Positions 18,669 to 27,926 of a DNA stretch of 32,000 nucleotides are shown here, one piece after another (positions within the stretch are counted from its first letter, which is position 1; each line of letters begins with the position of its first letter). Under the pieces are notes generated by a model that had not been told where the DNA came from, made no database searches, and saw only the letters and a list, made by a program, of their open reading frames with translations. Source of the DNA: Bacteroidota bacterium (GTDB taxonomy: Bacteria; Bacteroidota; Bacteroidia; Bacteroidales; P3); NCBI GenBank assembly GCA_017860275.1, contig JAFNAQ010000002.1, positions 25,089-57,088 on the forward strand, written 5' to 3'. Position numbers and translations under genes: made by a program.

Positions 18669-18749
18669 AAAAATGGCACTTTTATATGCGAAAAATGGCA
18701 TTTTTGAATATTAAAAGTGGCACTTTTAAACCATGAAAATGGCACTTTT
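18669..18749. promoter_or_regulatory. Array of four 15-bp palindromic sites AAAA(A/G)TG-G-CA(C/T)TTTT at exact 22-bp spacing
   Basis: The sites lie at 18669-18683, 18691-18705, 18713-18727 and 18735-18749, with centres at 18676, 18698, 18720 and 18742. The array ends 54 nt upstream of the HU-like gene. Confidence 0.7.
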
Positions 18750-18802
18750 AGGGTAAAAAGACTTGATGTAAATGCAAAAATGCTTGATTAAATTTTGAAG
18801 AT

Positions 18803-19219
18803 ATGGCAATTAAATACTTTAGACTCAAGAGAAAAATTACAACCAATAGTATTCCAGAGGATAAATACATTGCTGTTATTCAACAAGAAGCTAGAGTTGG
18901 GTTTGAAGAACTTGCGGAAATGATTGAAAAGAAAAGCACCTTGAGTAGGGGAGATATCTTAGGAGTATTTGCTGAAATGGAGACAACGGCTCTTTGGATG
19001 TTGGAAAATGGTCACCCATTAATTTTGAGGCTTTTTGGTTCATATTTTCCTGCAATTGAAGCAACGGCGGTCGATACTCCAGAGGAAGTGACGGTCAAAA
19101 CTATCAAGAGATTTAAATGTATTTATAAGCCTTCGGTTTATATGAAGAAAAGGTTTAAAAAAGTTGAATTTGTGTTAGGAGATAATAGAGTTAGGGAGGT
19201 GCATTATAAAAAAGATTGA
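18803..19219 (+). CDS. Bacteroidetes HU-like (histone-like) DNA-binding protein, long form
   Basis: 138 aa. It shares KY(I/L)A...F(E/K)...MIEK(K)ST(L/V)SRGD(I/T)L...E(M/-)TA...GH...PEEVT..TI with the next ORF, which resembles the HU-fold 'putative DNA-binding protein' family common in Bacteroidales. Confidence 0.65.
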   Translation: MAIKYFRLKRKITTNSIPEDKYIAVIQQEARVGFEELAEMIEKKSTLSRGDILGVFAEMETTALWMLENGHPLILRLFGSYFPAIEATAVDTPEEVTVKTIKRFKCIYKPSVYMKKRFKKVEFVLGDNRVREVHYKKD

Positions 19220-19286
19220 ATAAAAATGCTACATAAATAAGGTGGCAGCTTAATTAAATATAATAATCAACTTAAAATTTCTGCTT

Positions 19287-19694
19287 ATGAAATTTAGAAA
19301 AGTTAAAAAGAATATCCATGTTGGCTATTCTCCTGGTGAAAAGTATTTAGCTCAACCTGTTAAAGGCGAAACAATCGACTTTAAGGCTATGGCTGCAATG
19401 ATTGAGAAATCAACCACTGTTAGTAGAGGGGACACCCTCAATGTGCTTGATGCAATGGCTACTGCTGCAGTAACCATGATAAAAGCAGGTCATAACGTAA
19501 AATTCGATGGTCTTGGAATCTTTGATCTAAAGACTAAGGTTAAGGCAATGAATACCCCAGAGGAGGTAACTGCTGATACCATCGAAAGAATTACAATTGG
19601 ATTTATTCCAACTGTAGAGTTAAAAGACCAAATGAAGTCTGTTTCTATAAGTATTGACCCATACGAAACAGAACCAACACCTCCAACTCCGTAA
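19287..19694 (+). CDS. HU-like DNA-binding protein, tandem paralogue with a Pro/Thr-rich tail
   Basis: 135 aa and clearly a paralogue of 18803-19219. The C-terminus is ETEPTPPTP. Confidence 0.65.
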   Translation: MKFRKVKKNIHVGYSPGEKYLAQPVKGETIDFKAMAAMIEKSTTVSRGDTLNVLDAMATAAVTMIKAGHNVKFDGLGIFDLKTKVKAMNTPEEVTADTIERITIGFIPTVELKDQMKSVSISIDPYETEPTPPTP

Positions 19695-19818
19695 TTCTTT
19701 TTGAGAGTTAAAAGCTAAAAACTAAAAGTGAAAAGCTTATAGTTGCGAGGTGAAAACCTAAAGACTAAAGTTAAAAGTCTAAGTTGAGAAATCAACAAGT
19801 AAGAAATCAAATAATACT

Positions 19819-19856
19819 AAGAGAAGCTCAAGGAAAGGGCTTCTCTTTGAGTTTAT
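19819..19856 (+). terminator. Stem-loop terminator after the HU-like pair
   Basis: aagagaagc (19819-19827) pairs with gcttctctt (19839-19847) around an 11-nt loop and is followed by tgagttt. Confidence 0.5.
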
Positions 19857-20129
19857 AGGAAGATAAATGACATTTAAATAAATTTGATACTCAATAAATT
19901 TATATATAATTGTTATTAATGTGATTATACTTTAATTGTATTGATAGAAGAATGGTTTCTATTGTAAAACTCTAAAATGTGATACTATATTATTTTATAA
20001 TTATATAAGCAGATTTTTATACATATCAGATATTTAATTATAAGTAGAATATTTATTTTAAAAGAATATACTAGTAAATAAGTGTCGTATATAGTGAGTT
20101 TTTAAGTTAAGGCAAAAAATAATTGTTCT

Positions 20130-21164
20130 ATGATGGAAAAAAAAATATTAGTTGTTGGATATTTTGGATATAAAACTAATCAATTAGATGGTCAAACTGT
20201 AAAGACTAGAAATATATATGAATTATTTTTAAGACAAAATCAAAGAGTTAATTATATAGATACTCAAACTTTAAGATCTGAGGGTTTTATATCATTATTT
20301 AATTCTTTAAAGAAAATAATTACTTGTAATATATTTATTTATTTACCAGCTCATAATAATTTAAAATACTTATTTCCTCTTTTTTTTATATTATCTAAAT
20401 GTTTTAGATTTAAAATTATATATATTGTTGTTGGAGGCTGGTTGGTTGAGTTCATTTCAAATAAACCATTGCATAGATTTTTTTTAAAGAATATTTTTCA
20501 AATTTTTACGGAAAATCAATTAATGAACAGACAATTATCAGAGAAATATAAAATATTTAATTCAACCAAAATACCAAATTTTAGATATGGGGATTTTATT
20601 CCTAAAATAAAAATATTAAACGAGCATAAATTAAAAATAGTTTTTATGGCTCGAATAAATAAAAAGAAAGGTTTAGATATTGTATTTTCAATTGCAGATT
20701 TGATATTAAAAAATAAATACCATAATCAAATAAGTATTGATTTTTATGGGCCTATTAATCAAGAAGATAATGAATATTTTAAATCTAATCTAAATAAATA
20801 TGATTTTATTTGTTATAATGGAGTTATTCAGCCAGATACAATTCCTAATACACTAAATAATTATGATATTTTACTTTTCCCTACTCACTATTATACTGAA
20901 GGTTTTCCTGGTTCTATTTTAGATTCTTATCGCGCTGGTATACCTGTTATAGTTTCAAAATGGAAGCATGCAGATGAATTTGTTATTGATGGTGAAACAG
21001 GTTTTATTGTCCCTTTTGATAATAATGTGGATTATATTTGGTCAAAAATTATATTTATATATAATAATCCAAGAGTTTTATTTGAAATGAAGAATAAAGC
21101 ATATATTGAAAGTTTAAAATATACTTCTGAAGTAGCTTGGGAGATAATAAGTAGTCGATTTTGA
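20130..21164 (+). CDS. Glycosyltransferase family 4 (GT-B, GT1-type fold)
   Basis: 344 aa with the C-terminal EGFPGSILDSYRAGIPVIVSKWKHADEFVIDGETGFIV (EX7E-type motif). It is very AT-rich. Confidence 0.8.
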   Translation: MMEKKILVVGYFGYKTNQLDGQTVKTRNIYELFLRQNQRVNYIDTQTLRSEGFISLFNSLKKIITCNIFIYLPAHNNLKYLFPLFFILSKCFRFKIIYIVVGGWLVEFISNKPLHRFFLKNIFQIFTENQLMNRQLSEKYKIFNSTKIPNFRYGDFIPKIKILNEHKLKIVFMARINKKKGLDIVFSIADLILKNKYHNQISIDFYGPINQEDNEYFKSNLNKYDFICYNGVIQPDTIPNTLNNYDILLFPTHYYTEGFPGSILDSYRAGIPVIVSKWKHADEFVIDGETGFIVPFDNNVDYIWSKIIFIYNNPRVLFEMKNKAYIESLKYTSEVAWEIISSRF

Positions 21165-21290
21165 AATAATTAAAAAATATTTTAGTGGATAACTTTTGAA
21201 TTTTAAAAAGAAATATAGAATTGTCTACTTTATTATTATAAAAATAGCAGTTAAGGTTAATGTAAATTAAAAGAAAAAAATAATAAATAT

Positions 21291-22601
21291 ATGAATATAG
21301 CAATTGTAGGTACAGGATATGTTGGATTAGTTTCTGGAACTTGTTTTGCAGAAATGGGAATCAATGTTACATGTGTAGATATTGATGAGGATAAGATTTC
21401 AAAACTTAAATTAGGATATATGCCTATTTTTGAGCCAGGCTTAGACGATATGGTTGTAAGGAACCATAAAGCTGGACGACTTAATTTTACAACTAATTTG
21501 ACTTCAGTATTGGATGATGTTGATGTTGTATTTAGTGCTGTTGGAACTCCACCCGACGAGGATGGTAGTGCTGATTTGCGATATGTTTTGGATGTAGCAA
21601 GAACTGTTGGAAAGAATATGAATAAGTATTTGGTATTCGTAACTAAAAGTACTGTGCCAGTTGGAACTGCAATAAAGGTTAAGGCTGCAATTCAAAAAGA
21701 GTTGGATAAACGAGGTTTAGATATTGAATTTGATGTTGCAAGTAATCCTGAATTTTTAAAAGAAGGGGCGGCAGTTCAAGACTTTTTACGACCAGACAGG
21801 GTTGTTGTAGGCGTTGAAACTGAAAGAGCTAAAGAAATACTAACAAGACTTTATAAGCCTTTTATGTTACAGAATAACCTAATGATATTTACAGATATTC
21901 CTTCTGCTGAAATGATTAAATATGCAGCAAATTCCATGTTAGCTACTCGTATTTCTTTTATGAATGATATTGCGAATCTTTGCGAACTTGTTGGTGCAGA
22001 CGTTAATATGGTTAGAAAAGGAATTGGTTCCGATACCAGAATTGGACAGAAATTCCTATATCCAGGTTGTGGATATGGTGGTTCTTGTTTCCCGAAGGAT
22101 GTAAAAGCATTAATTAAAACTGCACAGCATAATGGTTATGAAATGGAGGTGTTGCAAGCAGTTGAAAGAGTAAACGATAAACAAAAATCAATCCTTTTCA
22201 ATAAATTACATAAACACTTTCAAGGTGTATTAAAAGGAAAAACCATATCAATTTGGGGTCTTAGTTTTAAGCCTGAAACAGATGATATGAGAGAAGCACC
22301 TTCATTGGTATTAATTGATTTACTTCTTCAAGCAGGTTGCAAAGTAAAAGTCTATGATCCAATCTCAATGGAAGAATGCAAAAGAAAAATTGGAGATAAA
22401 GTAATTTATTCCAAGGATATGTATGAAGCAACAGTAGATTCAGATGCTTTAATGTTAGTTACAGAATGGAAAGAATTCCGAGTACCAAGCTGGGATGTAT
22501 TAAAGAAATCAATGAATAACTATTTTGTATTTGATGGAAGGAATATATATGATTCTAAGGAATTAATTGAAAAAGGATTTGTTTATTATAAGATTGGATA
22601 A
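21291..22601 (+). CDS. ugd: UDP-glucose 6-dehydrogenase
   Basis: 436 aa with the N-terminal IAIVGTGYVGLVSG motif and the catalytic GYGGSCFPKD motif. Confidence 0.92.
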   Translation: MNIAIVGTGYVGLVSGTCFAEMGINVTCVDIDEDKISKLKLGYMPIFEPGLDDMVVRNHKAGRLNFTTNLTSVLDDVDVVFSAVGTPPDEDGSADLRYVLDVARTVGKNMNKYLVFVTKSTVPVGTAIKVKAAIQKELDKRGLDIEFDVASNPEFLKEGAAVQDFLRPDRVVVGVETERAKEILTRLYKPFMLQNNLMIFTDIPSAEMIKYAANSMLATRISFMNDIANLCELVGADVNMVRKGIGSDTRIGQKFLYPGCGYGGSCFPKDVKALIKTAQHNGYEMEVLQAVERVNDKQKSILFNKLHKHFQGVLKGKTISIWGLSFKPETDDMREAPSLVLIDLLLQAGCKVKVYDPISMEECKRKIGDKVIYSKDMYEATVDSDALMLVTEWKEFRVPSWDVLKKSMNNYFVFDGRNIYDSKELIEKGFVYYKIG

Positions 22602-22607
22602 ATAATT

Positions 22608-23363
22608 ATGGAAGATTATGGTTTAGTTTCTATTATAATGCCTTCTTATAATTCATCAAGATTTATTGATGAATCTATTGATTCCGTTCTATCACAAACT
22701 TATCAAAATTGGGAATTATTAATTACTGATGATTGTTCAACAGATAATACTATTGAAATAATAAATGAATATATTCAAAAAGACAATAGAATAAAAATAT
22801 TTAAACATAATATCAATTCTGGTGCAGCTATTGCTAGAAATAATTCAATTGAAAAGGCAAATGGAAAATTTCTAGCTTTTTTAGATAGTGATGATTTATG
22901 GTACCCAAATAAATTAGAATTACAATTAGAATTTATGAATAAAAATAAAATTGCCTTTTCATGTTCTAATTATGATCAAATTTATGAAAATGGAGAGTTT
23001 AATAATATAATAATAAAAGTACCTAATATCATTTCATATTATGAATATCTTAAAAATACTATAATTGGTTGTTTAACCGTAATCATTGATAAATCTATTG
23101 TAGGTGATTTTAGAATGCCAAATATTAAAAGTAGCCATGATATGGCCTTATGGTTATTGATTCTTAAAAAAGGATATAACTGTTTTGGCTTAAATAAAAC
23201 CCTAGGGACTTATAGATTGGTTTCAAATTCTAATACTGCAAAAAAAGGAAAGGCAGCAAAGGATGTGTGGAAAGTCTATAGAGAGATAGAAAACTTAAAT
23301 ATTATTTTTTCTTCATATTGTTTTATGTTTTATGTAATTAATGCCATTAAAAAAAGGATATAA
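22608..23363 (+). CDS. Glycosyltransferase family 2
   Basis: VSIIMPSYNSSRFIDESIDSVLSQTYQNWELLITDDCSTDNT and the FLDSDD motif. Confidence 0.88.
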   Translation: MEDYGLVSIIMPSYNSSRFIDESIDSVLSQTYQNWELLITDDCSTDNTIEIINEYIQKDNRIKIFKHNINSGAAIARNNSIEKANGKFLAFLDSDDLWYPNKLELQLEFMNKNKIAFSCSNYDQIYENGEFNNIIIKVPNIISYYEYLKNTIIGCLTVIIDKSIVGDFRMPNIKSSHDMALWLLILKKGYNCFGLNKTLGTYRLVSNSNTAKKGKAAKDVWKVYREIENLNIIFSSYCFMFYVINAIKKRI

Positions 23364-23407
23364 TTGTAATTTATTTTGTCTTTAAATTATTAAAAAATTA
23401 ATCTATT

Positions 23408-24598
23408 ATGAATTACGCAGATTTTGTTGGTTTCGTTCGCGAGACTTTTGATGATAGGGATGGTTATATTATACTTCATGATCCTCGTTTTGTTGGGAAT
23501 GAGAGGAAGTATATTATGGATGCTATGGATTCAAATTTTGTTTCCAGTGTAGGTGAATATGTGAATAAGTTTGAGAAGGCTGTTGCTGACTTCACAGGTA
23601 GTAAATATGCAGTGGCTGCTGTTAATGGTACTTCGGCTTTGCATATTTGTATGCTTTTGGCAGGTGTACGTCCTGGTGAGGAAGTTATTACTCAACCTAT
23701 ATCTTTTATAGCTACCTGCAATGCCATCACTTATACTGGTGCAAATCCAGTTTTTGTAGATGTTTCTCGTTCAACTATGGGTATGTGCCCAATTAAGCTT
23801 GAAGAGTTTCTAAAGGAAAATGTACGCAAAGGTGCTGATGGGAATTCATATAATAATAAAACAGGAAAACGTTTTGCTGCTGTTGTTCCTATGCATACCT
23901 TCGGTCATCCTTGTGAGATTGATGCAATTGCTGATATTTGCCAGAGGTATAATATTCCTTTGGTTGAAGATGCTGCTGAAAGTATTGGCTCCTATTATAA
24001 AGGAAAGCATACTGGTTTATTTGGTAAACTTAGTGCCTTAAGTTTTAATGGTAATAAGGTTATTACTACTGGTGGTGGTGGAATGATTTTGACTGATGAT
24101 GAAGAACTTGCTAAAAGAGCTAAACATATTACAACAACTGCTAAGGTTCCTCATAAGTGGGAGTATAATCATGATTATACTGGTTATAATTATCGTCTAA
24201 CAAATCTTGCTGCTGCTTTGGGTCTTGGTCAGATTGAACAATGTGAGTTCTTTATTGGCGAAAAACGTAAGCTAACGGATAAGTATATTACTTTCTTTAA
24301 GGATAATAAAGATATTGAGTTTTTTGTTGAATCTAATGATTCCCGTTCTAATTATTGGCTTAATGCTGTTATTCTAAAGGACAGGGCTTCAAGAGACGAG
24401 TTTCTTACCTATACTAATGATAATGGAATTATGACTCGTCCTATTTGGGTATTAAATAATAAACTTGATATGTATAAGGGCTGCCAATGTGGTGACCTTT
24501 CAAATTCTCAGTGGCTTGAAGATAGGGTTGTGAATATTCCTAGTACAGTTATTATTCCAAATTACTACGAAAATATTCAAAAAGGAGTTTATAGGTAA
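23408..24598 (+). CDS. DegT/EpsN/PglE-type PLP aminotransferase (UDP-4-keto-6-deoxy-HexNAc 4-aminotransferase type)
   Basis: 396 aa with VEDAAESIG and LSFNGNKVITTGGGGMI (PLP lysine). It is adjacent to the CapD-like dehydratase and the initiating transferase. Confidence 0.85.
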   Translation: MNYADFVGFVRETFDDRDGYIILHDPRFVGNERKYIMDAMDSNFVSSVGEYVNKFEKAVADFTGSKYAVAAVNGTSALHICMLLAGVRPGEEVITQPISFIATCNAITYTGANPVFVDVSRSTMGMCPIKLEEFLKENVRKGADGNSYNNKTGKRFAAVVPMHTFGHPCEIDAIADICQRYNIPLVEDAAESIGSYYKGKHTGLFGKLSALSFNGNKVITTGGGGMILTDDEELAKRAKHITTTAKVPHKWEYNHDYTGYNYRLTNLAAALGLGQIEQCEFFIGEKRKLTDKYITFFKDNKDIEFFVESNDSRSNYWLNAVILKDRASRDEFLTYTNDNGIMTRPIWVLNNKLDMYKGCQCGDLSNSQWLEDRVVNIPSTVIIPNYYENIQKGVYR

Positions 24599-24609
24599 AA
24601 ATCATTTTT

Positions 24610-25818
24610 ATGTTGAATGTAAATAATTTTATATCAAAACATATTACCCATAGGGTGGAGAGTATGTTTTTGAAAGATATTGAGAAAAATAGAGAGGCAT
24701 TAACTCAGGAGATTCAAGGTAAATCTGTTTTGGTTATTGGTGGGGCTGGTACTATTGGCTCTTCTTATATTCGTGCGATTTTGCCTTTTAAGCCAAGTAA
24801 ATTGGTTGTTGTTGATATTTCTGAGAATGGTTTAACAGAGCTTACTCGTGATCTTCGTTCTACTTATGGTATGTTTGTTCCGGAGGATTATAGAACTTAT
24901 CCACTTAGTTTTGCTGATCCTATTTTTGAAAAGATTTTTAGAAATGAGGGTGGTTTTGATATTGTGGCTAATTTTTCTGCTCATAAACATGTTAGAAGTG
25001 AGAAGGATCAGTATTCTGTGGCTGCATTGATAGAAAACAATGTTCTTAAAGCGAGAAAACTTTTAGACCTTTTGTCAGAGATTCCTCCTAAGCATTTTTT
25101 CTGTGTTTCGACCGATAAGGCTGCTAATCCTGTAAATATTATGGGTTGTAGTAAGAAAGTTATGGAGGAGATGATTATGTCTTATTCTAATAAGTTTAAG
25201 GTTACTACTGCTCGTTTTGCTAATGTTGCTTTCTCTAATGGCTCTTTGCTTGCAGGTTTTATTGAGAGATTAATGAAGCATCAGCCACTAAGTGCTCCTT
25301 GTGATGTGAAGCGTTATTTTGTTTCTCCTGATGAGAGTGGTCAGATTTGTATGCTGGCTTGTGTATTGGGGAAGAGTGGTGAAATATTCTTTCCAAAATT
25401 GGGTGAGGAAGATATGATGACATTTTCTTCTATTGCCGATAAGTTCTTAGGTGAGCTTGGTTATGAGATTAAATATTGCTCATTGGAAGAAGAAGCTAGG
25501 GAGTTTGCATATAAGATGCCAGAGAATACGGATACTTATCCTGTATATTATTTCGGTTCTGATACTACTGGAGAAAAGGGCTTTGAGGAATTCTTTATTA
25601 AGGGTGAGTCATTAAATATGGAGAGGTTTTCTTCTCTTGGTGTGATTGAGGAGTATCCTGCACGACCTATTTCTGATATTGATATATTCTTTACAAAGAT
25701 GAGTGAGCTTCTTTCTCGTAGTGATATGACTAAGGGCGATATTGTTATTCTTTTAAAAGATTTTATCCCTAACTTTGAACATGAGGAAAAAGGGAAAAAC
25801 CTAGACTCAAAAATGTGA
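24610..25818 (+). CDS. CapD/PglF/EpsC-like NDP-sugar 4,6-dehydratase, short soluble form
   Basis: VLVIGGAGTIGSS Rossmann motif and VSTDKAANPVNIMGCSKKVME active-site region. It lacks the N-terminal TM region of the long forms. Confidence 0.8.
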   Translation: MLNVNNFISKHITHRVESMFLKDIEKNREALTQEIQGKSVLVIGGAGTIGSSYIRAILPFKPSKLVVVDISENGLTELTRDLRSTYGMFVPEDYRTYPLSFADPIFEKIFRNEGGFDIVANFSAHKHVRSEKDQYSVAALIENNVLKARKLLDLLSEIPPKHFFCVSTDKAANPVNIMGCSKKVMEEMIMSYSNKFKVTTARFANVAFSNGSLLAGFIERLMKHQPLSAPCDVKRYFVSPDESGQICMLACVLGKSGEIFFPKLGEEDMMTFSSIADKFLGELGYEIKYCSLEEEAREFAYKMPENTDTYPVYYFGSDTTGEKGFEEFFIKGESLNMERFSSLGVIEEYPARPISDIDIFFTKMSELLSRSDMTKGDIVILLKDFIPNFEHEEKGKNLDSKM

Positions 25819-25822
25819 TCTT

Positions 25823-26512
25823 ATGTATAAGTTAATTAAAAGAATTTTTGATATTACAATGTCTTTATTGGCATTATTGGTGTTTTCTCCTTTATTGGTT
25901 CCTATTGTTATTGGCTTGCTTTTGACTGGGGAACATTATGTTTTCTATTTTCAAGAACGTATTGGTAAGGGAGGAAAGAGTTTTAATGTATGGAAGTTTG
26001 CTACCATGCTTAAAAATAGTCCTAATATGGGTACGGGGAGTATTACTACACGAAAAGATCCACGAGTGCTACCAATGGGTAGGTTTCTTCGTAAAACTAA
26101 AATCAATGAAATACCTCAGTTAATTAATATATTAATTGGTAATATGTCATTTGTTGGTCCTAGACCATTAATGCAATGTGATTATAATACATATAATCAA
26201 TATGTAAAAGATAGAGTTATTAAGTCTAAACCTGGACTCTCTGGAATAGGTTCAATTGTGTTTAGAGATGAAGAGTACCATGTGTCTTTAGCTAAAGATT
26301 CAGTTTTGTTTTATCAAAATTATATTCAACCTCATAAGGGAGAACTAGAGGTTTGGTATTTTAATAATCGTAATCTATGGGTAGACTTTATGATTATTTT
26401 CCTAACGGTTTGGGTCATTCTTTTTCCTAAAAGTGATTTAGTATATAAGGTTTTTCCCACGTTACCAAGAATGGATTTTGAAAAAGCTGTAGTGGAATTT
26501 AATAAAAAGTAA
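25823..26512 (+). CDS. Small monotopic phosphoglycosyl (bacterial sugar) transferase, PglC/WcfS/EpsL-like initiating enzyme
   Basis: 229 aa with an N-terminal re-entrant helix, then KFATM and RFLRKTKINEIPQLINILIGNMSFVGPRP. Confidence 0.88.
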   Translation: MYKLIKRIFDITMSLLALLVFSPLLVPIVIGLLLTGEHYVFYFQERIGKGGKSFNVWKFATMLKNSPNMGTGSITTRKDPRVLPMGRFLRKTKINEIPQLINILIGNMSFVGPRPLMQCDYNTYNQYVKDRVIKSKPGLSGIGSIVFRDEEYHVSLAKDSVLFYQNYIQPHKGELEVWYFNNRNLWVDFMIIFLTVWVILFPKSDLVYKVFPTLPRMDFEKAVVEFNKK

Positions 26513-26532
26513 AAAATCAATTTAAATATATA

Positions 26533-27585
26533 ATGACAAATAATATTTGTGTTTTGATTATGGCTGGAGGTTCTGGGGAGAGGTTCTGGCCATTATCTAC
26601 TAAAAAGAGACCTAAGCAGTTATTGCGTTTGATTGATTCTGAGAGGAGTTTGATTCGTATGACTGTGGATAGGGTTTTGGATATTGTGAGCCAGGATAGG
26701 ATTTTTGTTGGAACTAATGCTCTTCAGGATGAGGGTGTGTTGGAGGAGTTGCCTATGTTGAGTGTGGAGAATATTATTATTGAACCTGCTTTTAGGGATA
26801 CTGCTGCTGCTATTGGTTTTGGTTCTTTGGTTATTAATAACAGGTTTAAGGATGCTTCTTTAATTGTTTTGGCTTCTGATCATTTGATTAAGGACGAAGA
26901 AAACTTTAGAGAAATTTTACTTAAGGCTGTGGATATTGCTTCTAAGGTTGATTCTATTATTACCTTGGGTATTAAACCTAATAGAGCTGAGACTGGTTAT
27001 GGTTATTTGGAGACGGATTCTTTTGAGGTGGGTAAAGAGAGTAGGGTTATTCGTTTTTGTGAGAAGCCTAATGCTGATTTAGCAAAGCAATATGTTGATT
27101 CGGGTAGATTTTTATGGAATAGTGGAATGTTTGTTTTTAATATTAATACTATTTTTTCTGCCTTCAAGGATTTAATGCCTAATCATTATAGGATTTTGAA
27201 TCAGATTAAGCTTTTGGGCTCAGAGATAAGGAATCCTGAGAATGAGGTTTTGATGAAATGGTTTATGGAGTTTGAGAAGGTTTCTATCGATTATGGGATT
27301 ATGGAAAAATACCATAATACTATGGTTATTCCTACCGATTTTGGTTGGAATGATATTGGTTCTTATCCTGCCTTGGAAGAGGTGTTTGAGGGTGATGAGA
27401 ATGGGAATATTGTTAAGGGAACTTCTCTTAAACAATTCGACTCTAAAAATAATATAATAATAAGTGCTAATGGTAAGAATATTTCTATTGTAGGCGTTGA
27501 GGGTTTGATTATTGTAGAGGGCGAGAATGATATTTTGATTTGCTCTAAAAAATCTGCTCAAGAGATTAAAAAAGTTATTTCTTAG
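26533..27585 (+). CDS. manC: Mannose-1-phosphate guanylyltransferase (no isomerase domain)
   Basis: 350 aa with VLIMAGGSGERFWPLS and GYGY, giving NTP-transferase architecture. Confidence 0.85.
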   Translation: MTNNICVLIMAGGSGERFWPLSTKKRPKQLLRLIDSERSLIRMTVDRVLDIVSQDRIFVGTNALQDEGVLEELPMLSVENIIIEPAFRDTAAAIGFGSLVINNRFKDASLIVLASDHLIKDEENFREILLKAVDIASKVDSIITLGIKPNRAETGYGYLETDSFEVGKESRVIRFCEKPNADLAKQYVDSGRFLWNSGMFVFNINTIFSAFKDLMPNHYRILNQIKLLGSEIRNPENEVLMKWFMEFEKVSIDYGIMEKYHNTMVIPTDFGWNDIGSYPALEEVFEGDENGNIVKGTSLKQFDSKNNIIISANGKNISIVGVEGLIIVEGENDILICSKKSAQEIKKVIS

Positions 27586-27668
27586 GTTTCATCCACTGAT
27601 TATTTTCTTTTTGCCCACAGATTTACACAAATTTGCCCGGATATTTTTTTATTTGTCCACGTATTTTT

Positions 27669-27823
27669 CTACTTATTTTTACCTTGATGCAAAAGCAATG
27701 CTTCGCAAGTTAAAAGGTAATAGCAGGGTAGTGAATAGTTAAAAGTTAAAAGGTAAAAGTTTGGGCGATGCCATATTAAGTGAAAAGTTAATAGTTAATA
27801 GTGAAAAGTTTGGGCGATGCCGT
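27669..27823. repeat. Mosaic intergenic repeat, right copy A (inverted relative to 10775-10874)
   Basis: gcagggtagtgaatagttaaaag...tttgggcgatgccatattaagtgaaaag...tttgggcgatgccgt matches the left copy with 3 differences in ~100 bp. It is preceded by the module ctacttatttttaccttgatgcaaaag, which is shared with 28879-28905. Confidence 0.9.
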
Positions 27824-27897
27824 ATGTTTTTTAGTTTGATACTTTTTACTTTTAGTTTGCAATTTAAAATTTAAAACTTACAATTAGAAAAAAAGTT

Positions 27898-27905
27898 TAT
27901 CTTTG
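27898..27905 (+). promoter_or_regulatory. TAnnTTTG -7 box for the two-gene cassette
   Basis: TATCTTTG lies 22 nt upstream of ATG 27927. Confidence 0.4.
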
Positions 27906-27926
27906 CAAAATCAAAATATTAATGTT

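Noticed and set aside
18669-18749. The TGGCAC strings in the four repeats could be sigma-54 -24 elements
   Set aside because: None of the four is followed at the required N5 spacing by a TTGC -12 element. The sites are 7-1-7 palindromes at fixed 22-bp phasing, which fits a dimeric regulator better than RpoN promoters.
12310-20129. A replication origin (oriC) as the explanation for the skew flip
   Set aside because: I found no cluster of DnaA boxes. There are only isolated near-matches: tcatccaca at 13858-13866, inside the MBL coding sequence, and agtggataa at 21184-21192. No dnaA or other origin-linked genes are present, and all left-hand genes would be head-on to replication. It remains a formal alternative in the skew finding but is not called as a feature.
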